Part shown: positions 28,626 through 37,121 of the stretch, piece by piece | Layout of the letters: each line of letters opens with the position of its first letter | How positions within the stretch are numbered: position 1 is the stretch's first letter | IMG/VR virus record: IMGVR_UViG_3300037804_000399 | Coordinates: 1 to 64,000 of that record | Strand: one strand, 5' to 3' | Origin: a virus | DNA: 64,000 nt | Notes under the pieces: model-generated | Database searches by the model: none | What the model was told of the DNA's origin: nothing | The model's input: the letters and a program-made list of their open reading frames with translations, nothing else | Made by a program: the position numbers and the translations under genes

Positions 28626-29150
28626 ATGCCTGCTAGACAAAAGGTCAAAGGAAATACTTGGGAAAGAAAAGTCGCTGAGATATTTTCAGAAGAAACTGGA
28701 ACCCATTGGCAACGGAACATTTGCGGGAGTGGCGGATTCGTGGGAGGTAAAAATGCTCATAGAATAGCCCATTTAACTGAAAATCAGACATTGATGGCTA
28801 GAGGAGACATAGTTCCAGGAGATGGATTTGAAAAAACTATTATCGAATGTAAGTTTTATAAGGACTTTGCATTTCATAGTTTAATGGCTCTGAACGGAGT
28901 TTCTAAATTAAACGAATGGATAGAACAAGTAAACATAGATCACGAAGTGTCCAACAGTGAATTTTACTGCGTTGTATTTAAGATCAATCGCAAAGGCATG
29001 TTCATAGCATTTCCCAGTGACCTGTTAACTCCTATTAATAATTTTTGTACTTATCAGTATGCAGAAACCAACACCACCTTTGCAATAGAAGAATTTAACA
29101 ATGAATGGGTTTCGAGAAATCTAGATGCTTTGAAGGAGCTAAACAAATAA
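28626..29150 (+). CDS. Holliday junction resolvase (PD-(D/E)xK, Hjc-like)
   Basis: K.KG..WER.VA, R...SG, GDI, IECK, W..Q. Confidence 0.75.
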   Translation: MPARQKVKGNTWERKVAEIFSEETGTHWQRNICGSGGFVGGKNAHRIAHLTENQTLMARGDIVPGDGFEKTIIECKFYKDFAFHSLMALNGVSKLNEWIEQVNIDHEVSNSEFYCVVFKINRKGMFIAFPSDLLTPINNFCTYQYAETNTTFAIEEFNNEWVSRNLDALKELNK

Positions 29151-29785
29151 TGGACGCACCTAACTCGTTTACTATCATAAATGCAATCATTAATAACGGA
29201 TTAACTCTTGTACAGAAACAACTGACCCCAGCATTGAAAACTATTGAATCGATGTCAAAAATCAGAGAAAGTTACGAACTTCATTTTGACCGAAAAGGAT
29301 ATACTACTGAAGAATTTATAGAAGATGTTTATGTCTCGATGTCTGGAATTATTAAAAAAGTTAGATTGAGTACTGATGGATTACGAAGAGTTGTAACAAT
29401 CTCAAATACACACGGAATACAACAAACCGGGGGAAATATTTCAATTGAGGATTTCTTTATAGAGCTTGCAAAGAAACGATCCGGAGCTATTGTATATTTA
29501 ACAAAGCTTCATAGGTTTTTGAGAAATGCATTAGCTACTTCAAGGAATGAAGTATCTGAAGAATTTGTTGTAAAAATGTTTGACATTTTAGATGATATAT
29601 TATTAGTTGTAGATGAATTAGTAATCCAAAATGATTTAGAATATACCAGAGTGTGTAATATCAAACAACGATTTGAAATTATTTTAGATGATTTGTGGAT
29701 GGAGGGAAACGGAAAGGGTGAAGAAGGTGGATTTGATGATTTTGATGATTTTGATGATTTTGATGAATATGATGATTTGGAGTAA
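29150..29785 (+). CDS. Hypothetical protein with acidic (DDF)n tail
   Basis: TAATG-coupled start MDAPNS at 29150; 9-bp GATGATTTT repeats near the 3' end. Confidence 0.55.
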   Translation: MDAPNSFTIINAIINNGLTLVQKQLTPALKTIESMSKIRESYELHFDRKGYTTEEFIEDVYVSMSGIIKKVRLSTDGLRRVVTISNTHGIQQTGGNISIEDFFIELAKKRSGAIVYLTKLHRFLRNALATSRNEVSEEFVVKMFDILDDILLVVDELVIQNDLEYTRVCNIKQRFEIILDDLWMEGNGKGEEGGFDDFDDFDDFDEYDDLE

Positions 29786-29794
29786 AGGGATATT

Positions 29795-30088
29795 ATGACA
29801 AATAAGAAATTAACAATTTATGAATACTTGAAGGATATTTATACCACGAAAAGTGGTACTTTATGTGATAGAGATGATTTTAATAATACGTTCGTACCTT
29901 ATATCATTATTAGATTTATATCAATGAGAAAAGATTCATTACATGTTGCTGCACTTGCTAATCATTATCAAACTTCAATGACAAAAAAGCAAATGTATAA
30001 ATTTTTAGTTGCCACTGTGCCACATAGTAAAAATTCATTTGTAAAGTATATTGCAAAACCAAAAGTCAAAGAGGAAACAAATGATTGA
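29795..30088 (+). CDS. gp62: Clamp loader small subunit gp62-like
   Basis: F.PYII.RF.S, N, Y.FL...VP....F.KY. Confidence 0.7.
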   Translation: MTNKKLTIYEYLKDIYTTKSGTLCDRDDFNNTFVPYIIIRFISMRKDSLHVAALANHYQTSMTKKQMYKFLVATVPHSKNSFVKYIAKPKVKEETND

Positions 30089-30497
30089 TCCAGATAGAAA
30101 TGTTTTACCCGAACTCATTCTTAAATACAATGTAGATGTTGAAGAAGATTTAAACATCAATCAAATGAATATAAAAGAATCGAGTATGCAAACTCCTGGT
30201 TTAAAAACAAAGTGGTTGATGACTTATATTAACGAACGAAGACTACTAACTGTTTTAAAAAATAGAAAGTATGATTTAGTACAATCATATATTGATGCTA
30301 ACATGGGCCCAGGAAAGATCATTCCTACTTTGAAAATACAAGCAGAGCACTTGCCAAATGTTAGAGAATTAAATGATAAAATTACTACTCAACAAGACAT
30401 TGTCGATTATTTAGAAGGAGTTAAAGATGTTTTTCAAAAACTTGACTTTACAATTAAGAATGTTGTGGACATTATCAAGCTAGAGAACTCTGTATAA
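30081..30497 (+). CDS. uvsY: Recombination mediator UvsY
   Basis: DL.I...N......P....KW, YLE......F.IKN..D..K; lies directly before uvsW. Confidence 0.75.
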   Translation: MIDPDRNVLPELILKYNVDVEEDLNINQMNIKESSMQTPGLKTKWLMTYINERRLLTVLKNRKYDLVQSYIDANMGPGKIIPTLKIQAEHLPNVRELNDKITTQQDIVDYLEGVKDVFQKLDFTIKNVVDIIKLENSV

Positions 30498-30503
30498 TAC
30501 GTT

Positions 30504-32261
30504 ATGATAATAGATATTGACGAACACAAATTTAATTACCTGAAGATTAAAATAGACGGCGAACATGAACTATATGTGTTTGATACTCTCCAAAAAGACA
30601 TGTCTGTCACAAACAAGGCTGCTAGATTCAATAAGTGGGCAAAGGATAGAATTTGTCCGATAACACTTACTGGATCATTTCCTGCTGGACTATATGCAGA
30701 TGTTGTAAAGAATATTAAAAAGATTTCATCTGAAATTGAAATTGAAATTACAACATCAGCAAAAAAACTAATGTGTCCTTGGTCAGCAAAGACTGCAAAT
30801 ATTTCCACTTACTTACCTGAAGGATTTCAATTAAGAGATTATCAACAAGAGTGCACTGAAAAATCTCTTCAATATGGAAGAGGCATTATAGAGTGTCCGA
30901 CAGGTGGTGGTAAATCACTTATTCAATATTTGATTATTAAACATCTTCAAGAATACAATCTCAATAAGATTTTAGTATTGGTTCCGAACCTTCAATTGGT
31001 TACTCAAATTCATGCTGATTTTATTGATTATGGATTTGATCCTTCAGCTGTCCAAATGTTCTCATCTTTTGACGATGAATTAGGAGACGCTCCAATTGTT
31101 ATCACTAATAGAAGTTGGGTTCAGAAGTATTGTAAAGAAGAATTACGGTCTTTGGAAAAAGAATTAAAAGAGTGTGCTGTATTATTTAAAAAACTTACAA
31201 AAAACATAAAAGCAGTTCCTAGTAAAATTGCTATCAAAATGTTTGACTTACAAAAAGCATATAAAATAGTTAAAGATGAAAACAAGAAAATTATAGTACC
31301 TCCTAAAAATAAAATTACAGGAGTGTCTCCTACGTGTTTACTTGACGAGCCTGATAAGATTCTTGCAAAAATGAAGAGACGAATCAAAGATATTCCTATT
31401 CGTATGAAGCATATCGTTGAAACAATTCCTGTGTTTAAACAATTCGATGCTGTATTTGTAGATGAAGTTCATCAACTATCAACAGGAAATCAAGTTACAA
31501 AGTTTGTACAGGACCTTCCCACTCTTATTAGATTTGGATTTACAGGTACTCTTCAAGAGCAAGACACTAACGGTGCCGAAGACAGATGGAATATTATAGG
31601 GACGATTGGACCTGTATTATATTTCCAACGAGCTCATGAATTACAAAAAGATGACTTCTTAGCGCAATTAAAGATTCATGCTATTGAGTTAGTTCATAGT
31701 AGTCCGGTTCCGTATTCTGTTAATGGTGACAACTTTAGACAAGTTCACATGTTAGAACAAGCATATATAGAAGAACTTGAACCTTATAATAATCTAATTG
31801 CAGGTATTGCAAATAAGGTGAATGGAAATTCATTTGTATTATTTGATCATACTAAACACGGTAAAGAGTTATTTGAAATAGTAAAGAAGGTTTGTCCTTC
31901 TAAACAAGTATTCTTTATTAATGGTTCTGTTGCAATCGAAGATAGAGATGATATTAAACAAACTATGGTTGAGCATCAGGACTGTGTACTTGTTGGTAAT
32001 ATCAAATGTGTAGGTACTGGTTTGTCTATAAAGAACATTCGACATATTATATTTGCAATTAATGGCAAAGCTACGGTAAAGATCATTCAAGCTATTGGTC
32101 GTGGTATTCGTTTACATGAAGACAAGGAAAGAATGTACTTATATGATGTGTATCACAATTTAAAATATAGCGAAGATCACTTTAATCACAGAAGAAGGTT
32201 ATATGAGAAGCATTACAAGCTTGTAATAAATGATGAAGATATCAAAAAGATTAACATTTAA
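30504..32261 (+). CDS. uvsW: SF2 DNA helicase UvsW
   Basis: LRDYQ, PTGGGKS, VP...LV.Q, DEVH, GFTGT, Q.IGRG.R; ~100-aa insertion before motif II. Confidence 0.92.
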   Translation: MIIDIDEHKFNYLKIKIDGEHELYVFDTLQKDMSVTNKAARFNKWAKDRICPITLTGSFPAGLYADVVKNIKKISSEIEIEITTSAKKLMCPWSAKTANISTYLPEGFQLRDYQQECTEKSLQYGRGIIECPTGGGKSLIQYLIIKHLQEYNLNKILVLVPNLQLVTQIHADFIDYGFDPSAVQMFSSFDDELGDAPIVITNRSWVQKYCKEELRSLEKELKECAVLFKKLTKNIKAVPSKIAIKMFDLQKAYKIVKDENKKIIVPPKNKITGVSPTCLLDEPDKILAKMKRRIKDIPIRMKHIVETIPVFKQFDAVFVDEVHQLSTGNQVTKFVQDLPTLIRFGFTGTLQEQDTNGAEDRWNIIGTIGPVLYFQRAHELQKDDFLAQLKIHAIELVHSSPVPYSVNGDNFRQVHMLEQAYIEELEPYNNLIAGIANKVNGNSFVLFDHTKHGKELFEIVKKVCPSKQVFFINGSVAIEDRDDIKQTMVEHQDCVLVGNIKCVGTGLSIKNIRHIIFAINGKATVKIIQAIGRGIRLHEDKERMYLYDVYHNLKYSEDHFNHRRRLYEKHYKLVINDEDIKKINI

Positions 32262-32263
32262 TA

Positions 32264-32271
32264 TATAAATA
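32264..32271 (+). promoter_or_regulatory. T4-type late promoter TATAAATA
   Basis: Exact consensus upstream of gp13. Confidence 0.75.
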
Positions 32272-32311
32272 ACGGCAAATGAATTATAAATGTTGAACAC
32301 GAGGACTAATA

Positions 32312-33064
32312 ATGAGTAACTTTTTAAATTATTCGGTACAAGAAAAGACCGATCTGTCCGGTTGGATACTAAGAAAAATGGGCCACCCTTTAATTACAGT
32401 AGAAATAACAGAGTGTCAATTGATAGATGCTATTGATGATGCTATGGAATTTTTTACAAAATATGTACAGTTCGACAGAGATTACTTTGGTGTTGACATG
32501 AATGAATACATACAAGGACAAGGAGTGCTTCTTCCTGACAATGTTGCCGGTGTTTTCTCATTAACTAATCAAGCTGCTGGTTCTTCTGATGCTAATAGAT
32601 TATTTAGTATTCCCAATCAATTAATGAATGCAGGTATGTTACCTAGTCAGTCTACTATTGGTGGAGGATGGGTAACTTATGAACTGTCTCGACAATACAT
32701 GGATATGGTATCGAGAATGATATCAGGTGGAAGTGGAGGATTTCAGTTTAGTTATAATCAAAGAACTAAAATGTTAAAGCTAGTTCCTGATCCAGCTAAG
32801 CAAGGTATGTTCGGACAAATAGTTTTAGGGGTAAATGTTCTACGTCCAGAGACGCAACTTTTTGGAGAACATGAAATCAAAAACCTTTCACTATCATACG
32901 CAAAGATGCAAGTCGGAACAAATAGATCAAAGATCAAAGGTGTTCAACTTCTTGGCGGCGGTAATATAGAAAATGATATGTACAACGAAGGTAAAGCTGA
33001 GAAAGAAAAGATCGAAGAAGACATTAAAAAAAATCAGGGAATTTCGGCATTCTTTGTTGGTTAA
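32312..33064 (+). CDS. gp13: Neck protein gp13
   Basis: ILR.MG.P.I.VE....Q..D.I..A.E.F, F.YN, K..G.QL.GG, EG..E, FFVG end. Confidence 0.88.
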   Translation: MSNFLNYSVQEKTDLSGWILRKMGHPLITVEITECQLIDAIDDAMEFFTKYVQFDRDYFGVDMNEYIQGQGVLLPDNVAGVFSLTNQAAGSSDANRLFSIPNQLMNAGMLPSQSTIGGGWVTYELSRQYMDMVSRMISGGSGGFQFSYNQRTKMLKLVPDPAKQGMFGQIVLGVNVLRPETQLFGEHEIKNLSLSYAKMQVGTNRSKIKGVQLLGGGNIENDMYNEGKAEKEKIEEDIKKNQGISAFFVG

Positions 33065-33075
33065 CATGTAAAACA

Positions 33076-33122
33076 CCTTGGTTATTGCTTATAGAACTAT
33101 AAGTAATGACAACAAACCAAGG
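33076..33122 (+). promoter_or_regulatory. RBS-sequestering hairpin with internal late-like promoter (TATAAGTA 33098-33105)
   Basis: CCTTGGTT...AACCAAGG stem covers the AAGG RBS of the endonuclease gene. Confidence 0.6.
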
Positions 33123-33130
33123 AACATATT

Positions 33131-34099
33131 GTGCCAGCTAAAATTACCAATGAAATATTCACTCAAAGGTTCTATGTGAACTTTGAGCCTAAGTATATTA
33201 TAATTAAAGATTCCTTTATTAAAATGAGTAGTAAGGTAGGAATCAATTGTCCTGATCACGGAGATAATTGGGTGATTGCAAGTAGTTTATTTAGAAAGGA
33301 TATTTCTTTACCTTGTCCTATTTGTTCAAGACAAAAACTTAGTAAAAATATGCAACATACGTGTGAAGAGTTTGTACAAAAAGCAAAGTCATTCTCAAAC
33401 TCTTCACATATTGACTACTCAAAAGTTGAGTATAAAAATACTAACACCCCTGTTGTATTAATTTGTAAAGAACATGGTGAGTTTAAGTGTACTCCAAGAG
33501 CCCATTTGAGACTTCTACGAGATGGTGGCACACCTTGTAAGAAATGTAGAGGAAAGTCTCAATTAAAATCACATGACCAAGTTATTGAATCTTTTAGAAA
33601 AATACATGGTAACATGTATGATTATTCCAAAGTTGATTATAAAGGAGCTACTAAAAAAGTAATTATCACTTGTCCCAAACACGGTGAATTTCATCAAGTG
33701 GTTAGAAATCATTATTCAGGTGCTGGATGTCCAGTGTGCTGCGAATCGAAAGGTGAAAAGATTGTAAGACAATCACTAGAAGAGTCAAACATAAGTTTTA
33801 TTAAAGAATATAAATTCGATGATTGCAGAGGTTACAAGCGACCACTTCCATTTGATTTTTATCTTCCTGAATTACATATTTGTATTGAGTATGATGGAAT
33901 ACAACATTTTGCTGGTGGCGATCATCACTTTGGTAAGAAAGGAGGATTTGAGGCTACTCAAAAGAACGATGACATCAAGACAAATTTCTGTAATGATAAC
34001 GGCATTCAATTAATTAGAGTTGATTATACAATGACAAGAGAAACAATCATAAATACTATTACTGAATTACACAATCAAAAGGAATACAAGTATGAATAA
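33131..34099 (+). mobile_element. Free-standing homing endonuclease (C..HG zinc repeats plus C-terminal Vsr/PD-(D/E)xK-like nuclease)
   Basis: Three CPDHG/CKEHG/CPKHG..C..C repeats; ESKGE, LPFDFY, IEYDGIQH, D..K..FC....I.LIR. Confidence 0.85.
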
Positions 34100-34142
34100 A
34101 ACACAAGATATTTTTAAAGCATATCGCAGTATGCTCAATGAA
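34078..34142 (+). repeat. 65-bp direct repeat, copy 1 (RBS plus first 17 codons)
   Basis: Matches 35391-35455 with 3 mismatches by eye. Confidence 0.85.
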
Positions 34143-34766
34143 GATGCTAATGAATTTGAGACAGGCACAGCAACTTTTAAAACAAACACTTATGCGTCAT
34201 CATTGAAGAGATTTTTAACAAAAAGGTTAAAAGCTTCTACAGAAGGATTGCTGGTAGGTGACATTCTTTCAGGTGATAAGCCAGAAGTAGTATTTCAAAA
34301 AGATTTAAAAAGTGTTGATTATGTTATACCTAATAGGTTTTCAAATATATTATCTGATCGTGTAAAATCATTACAAGATCGAGAAAATGAAGCATTGGAG
34401 AGTGGAGAAATTTCTTTAAATGAGGGCCAACCATTTTCAATTTTTCCAATTAATCCAACCAATGAATTGAAATCAATGCTAAATGACTGGTTTCCTGAAT
34501 TACTCCAACATGCTCAAGCTTCATCAGAAAAACTAGAACAGTTTGTTGGTAAAGATGTAAAAAAGGAAGCTTATGTTACTATACCATTTCCAGAAGATAA
34601 TCCAATTTGGACCATAAGAGGTGAAGAATACGATAGTGATGATAAAGAAATTAATGTTTCTGAAATCATCATAAGAAAGAATCAAAAGAATATTGGATCA
34701 ATTCATGTTCCCACTGACTTAATGAATAAATATTTAGAAGACAAAAACATTACAATAGGATTTTAA
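34092..34766 (+). CDS. IFKAY-leader hypothetical protein
   Basis: MNKTQDIFKAYRSMLNE. Confidence 0.6.
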   Translation: MNKTQDIFKAYRSMLNEDANEFETGTATFKTNTYASSLKRFLTKRLKASTEGLLVGDILSGDKPEVVFQKDLKSVDYVIPNRFSNILSDRVKSLQDRENEALESGEISLNEGQPFSIFPINPTNELKSMLNDWFPELLQHAQASSEKLEQFVGKDVKKEAYVTIPFPEDNPIWTIRGEEYDSDDKEINVSEIIIRKNQKNIGSIHVPTDLMNKYLEDKNITIGF

Positions 34767-34775
34767 GGATTTATA

Positions 34776-35375
34776 ATGAAACAAACAATAATGGAAGCAT
34801 ATAGTAACATTTCAAAGGATATTTTACAAGATAGTATAAAAACTATTGTAACTGAAGATGCCAATGAAGAGTTTGAACAACAACTAGCTGATGATGATTA
34901 TCAAAGAGGAATCGATCCACATTTTGATGATGAAGATGGGAGTCCTGAGTTTGGTCCTGATGAAACAGACGATGAAAATAAGTATCTTGATGGTGCTTGG
35001 TACGCCACTATTTCAAAGAAGAAAGGTTTCAGAAGAGCGTTAAGATATAATGAAGTTCTTGGAACATTTGAAAATGGTCGTGGAGTTTCTGTAGATGAAA
35101 GCATAGCCTATATTGGAAAAGAAATACCTTTTTCATTCTGGCCAGTAGAATCATCAAATGAATCTATGATCATTCCTGGAGCAAAAGACACAATTGACAA
35201 TCAATTGTCAAAAGATTGGGAAGCTGAAGAAGAAGTAGAAGCTGAAATCGATTCACGTGAACTTCCTAAAGGATCTGAGCCAGTAGAGCTCAAAGAAAGT
35301 AAAGTATTACCAACATCATCTATAATGGATGTATATAATAACATATCAACTGAACCTGTTGATAAAAACAGCTAA
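34776..35375 (+). CDS. IMEAY-leader acidic protein
   Basis: MKQTIMEAYSNIS at the N-terminus and SSIMDVYNNIS near the C-terminus. Confidence 0.6.
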   Translation: MKQTIMEAYSNISKDILQDSIKTIVTEDANEEFEQQLADDDYQRGIDPHFDDEDGSPEFGPDETDDENKYLDGAWYATISKKKGFRRALRYNEVLGTFENGRGVSVDESIAYIGKEIPFSFWPVESSNESMIIPGAKDTIDNQLSKDWEAEEEVEAEIDSRELPKGSEPVELKESKVLPTSSIMDVYNNISTEPVDKNS

Positions 35376-35390
35376 ATTAATGATTAAACG

Positions 35391-35455
35391 AAAGGAATAC
35401 AGGTATGAATAAAACACAAGATATTTTTAAAGCATATCACGGTATGCTCAATGAA
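35391..35455 (+). repeat. 65-bp direct repeat, copy 2
   Basis: AAAGGAATACAGGTATGAATAAAACACAAGATATTTTTAAAGCATATC...ATGCTCAATGAA. Confidence 0.85.
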
Positions 35456-35902
35456 TCAAACGTTATGAGTGAGAATGTTTCGGACGATGACTTCTATGTC
35501 ATTTCAGAGTGGGACGGAGAGTATGATAACTGGACTGTTATTGGCGGACCGTTTACTAAAGTAAATGGTGAATGGATTTGTGCTAGTGATGTTGAAGGAG
35601 AGTATGGTGATAACGAGAGACTTCGTATTATTTCAATAGCAACTTATGATGAGATGCTCAGAGATAATAAAGCAAATTACGATAAAATGACCAGTGGTAA
35701 TGAATCAATTTCAGAATTAGGAGAATCATCTGATATGGATAAACTTTATTTATCCATAGACGAAAAACTACTAATCATTAGATTTGCGTTAGAAGAGGAT
35801 TACGGAAACATTGAAGGTATACTTAATGACATAAAAACTCAGATTGGTGAAGAAGAGTGGATGGAATTAGTATCAGCTGCTCGCAGAACTGCAAAGAAAT
35901 AA
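35405..35902 (+). CDS. IFKAY-leader hypothetical protein
   Basis: MNKTQDIFKAYHGMLNES. Confidence 0.6.
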   Translation: MNKTQDIFKAYHGMLNESNVMSENVSDDDFYVISEWDGEYDNWTVIGGPFTKVNGEWICASDVEGEYGDNERLRIISIATYDEMLRDNKANYDKMTSGNESISELGESSDMDKLYLSIDEKLLIIRFALEEDYGNIEGILNDIKTQIGEEEWMELVSAARRTAKK

Positions 35903-35926
35903 CTCCAATTAAATATCAATTATTTT

Positions 35927-35980
35927 AGGCAATTCCATTAATTTGGGGTTGCCTTTTGTGTTTAAGGGTGTATATTAAAG
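35927..35980 (+). promoter_or_regulatory. Terminator hairpin overlapping an early-type promoter (TTGCCT-N16-TATATT)
   Basis: AGGCAATTCCA..TGGGGTTGCCTTTT followed by TTTAAGGGTGTATATT. Confidence 0.55.
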
Positions 35981-36019
35981 TAAGGTAAGAAAGAAAAACG
36001 AACTTAAAAGGTATACAAA

Positions 36020-36346
36020 ATGAGACTCACTGAACTAACAAAAGATCACCTTTCACAACTAGAACGTCTTGGAAATGTAACAGAAGTAAACATGACGTTT
36101 AATAAAGGCAGTGTAGAATTTGATTTCTTCTCTGGTGTATCTAAACTAGGTCAAACTAAACTTCAACCAAATAAGAATGGTTGGAAAGTAGTAGAGAGAT
36201 ATGATTCTGAAATGATAGATCTTGAAGAAGATCTTACTTGGCATTATCATGGTGCAACTGACGAACCAGTTGACTACCAAGAACAATATGAAGCAGAAGT
36301 CTCAGCTGCTCTATCTGGTTCACCTTACTGGAAAGCAAATGACTAA
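36020..36346 (+). CDS. Hypothetical (early) protein
   Basis: ORF with RBS after the promoter. Confidence 0.55.
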   Translation: MRLTELTKDHLSQLERLGNVTEVNMTFNKGSVEFDFFSGVSKLGQTKLQPNKNGWKVVERYDSEMIDLEEDLTWHYHGATDEPVDYQEQYEAEVSAALSGSPYWKAND

Positions 36347-37034
36347 ACACAAACAAGATAAACAATATCCCAAAGACTTACACGCTTTGATATTTAATAG
36401 CATTGCACATAATTCTGAAAAATATAAAGATAGTATTTTTAAAATTATTTCTGCTTTTACATCAAAGCGTGAAGTATTCTTTCTAGGAGGAATAGTGAGA
36501 GATACTTTACTTGGGAGAGTATATAAAGATATTGATATAGTAGTGTTAAATAATCCACATGAAGCATTAGATATTATCCTACCTTCTAGTAATGTATTTA
36601 GAAAGAAGGGAGAAGCTAGTGCTATACAATCAATTCTACCAAACTACAAAGGTGGATATAAATTTTCTGCTGCGGAAGAGGACACTGCAATTGTTTTTGG
36701 AACAAAGCAGGTAGATATTGAAAGATACAGAGAGCCAAAAAATCAAATAGACATTTGGTCCACTCAGAACATTCAACAAGAAGTAGCTTCCACAGTAATG
36801 GCTTTTAACAGTATTGCAGTTAATGTAAAAACAGGAAAGGTTTATTCTACGGAAAAGTGTGATCAATTTTATGCTGCTGATGAAAGCGATCGATATTTAT
36901 CTGTTAATATTGACAGAGTTGATAAAGAGTATGAGAGCTGTAAATTCCGAATTGAAATGTTTAGACAGAAGTTAAACTTACCGCTAGATCCTGAATATGT
37001 ATTATGGAAAAAGATGAAACAACACCTTCGCTAA
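36339..37034 (+). CDS. Class II nucleotidyltransferase (poly(A) polymerase / CCA-adding head-domain-like), atypical
   Basis: F.LGG.VRD.LLG...KDIDIV and FNSIAVN are present; there is no RRD motif. The start at 36339 overlaps the upstream gene. Confidence 0.7.
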   Translation: MTKHKQDKQYPKDLHALIFNSIAHNSEKYKDSIFKIISAFTSKREVFFLGGIVRDTLLGRVYKDIDIVVLNNPHEALDIILPSSNVFRKKGEASAIQSILPNYKGGYKFSAAEEDTAIVFGTKQVDIERYREPKNQIDIWSTQNIQQEVASTVMAFNSIAVNVKTGKVYSTEKCDQFYAADESDRYLSVNIDRVDKEYESCKFRIEMFRQKLNLPLDPEYVLWKKMKQHLR

Positions 37035-37121
37035 CAAAATCAAAAGTCAGTGGGACTATATCATACATGATTTAAAAGCATCATGATATAAACACGCAAC
37101 CTAGCAATCAAAAGGTAACAC

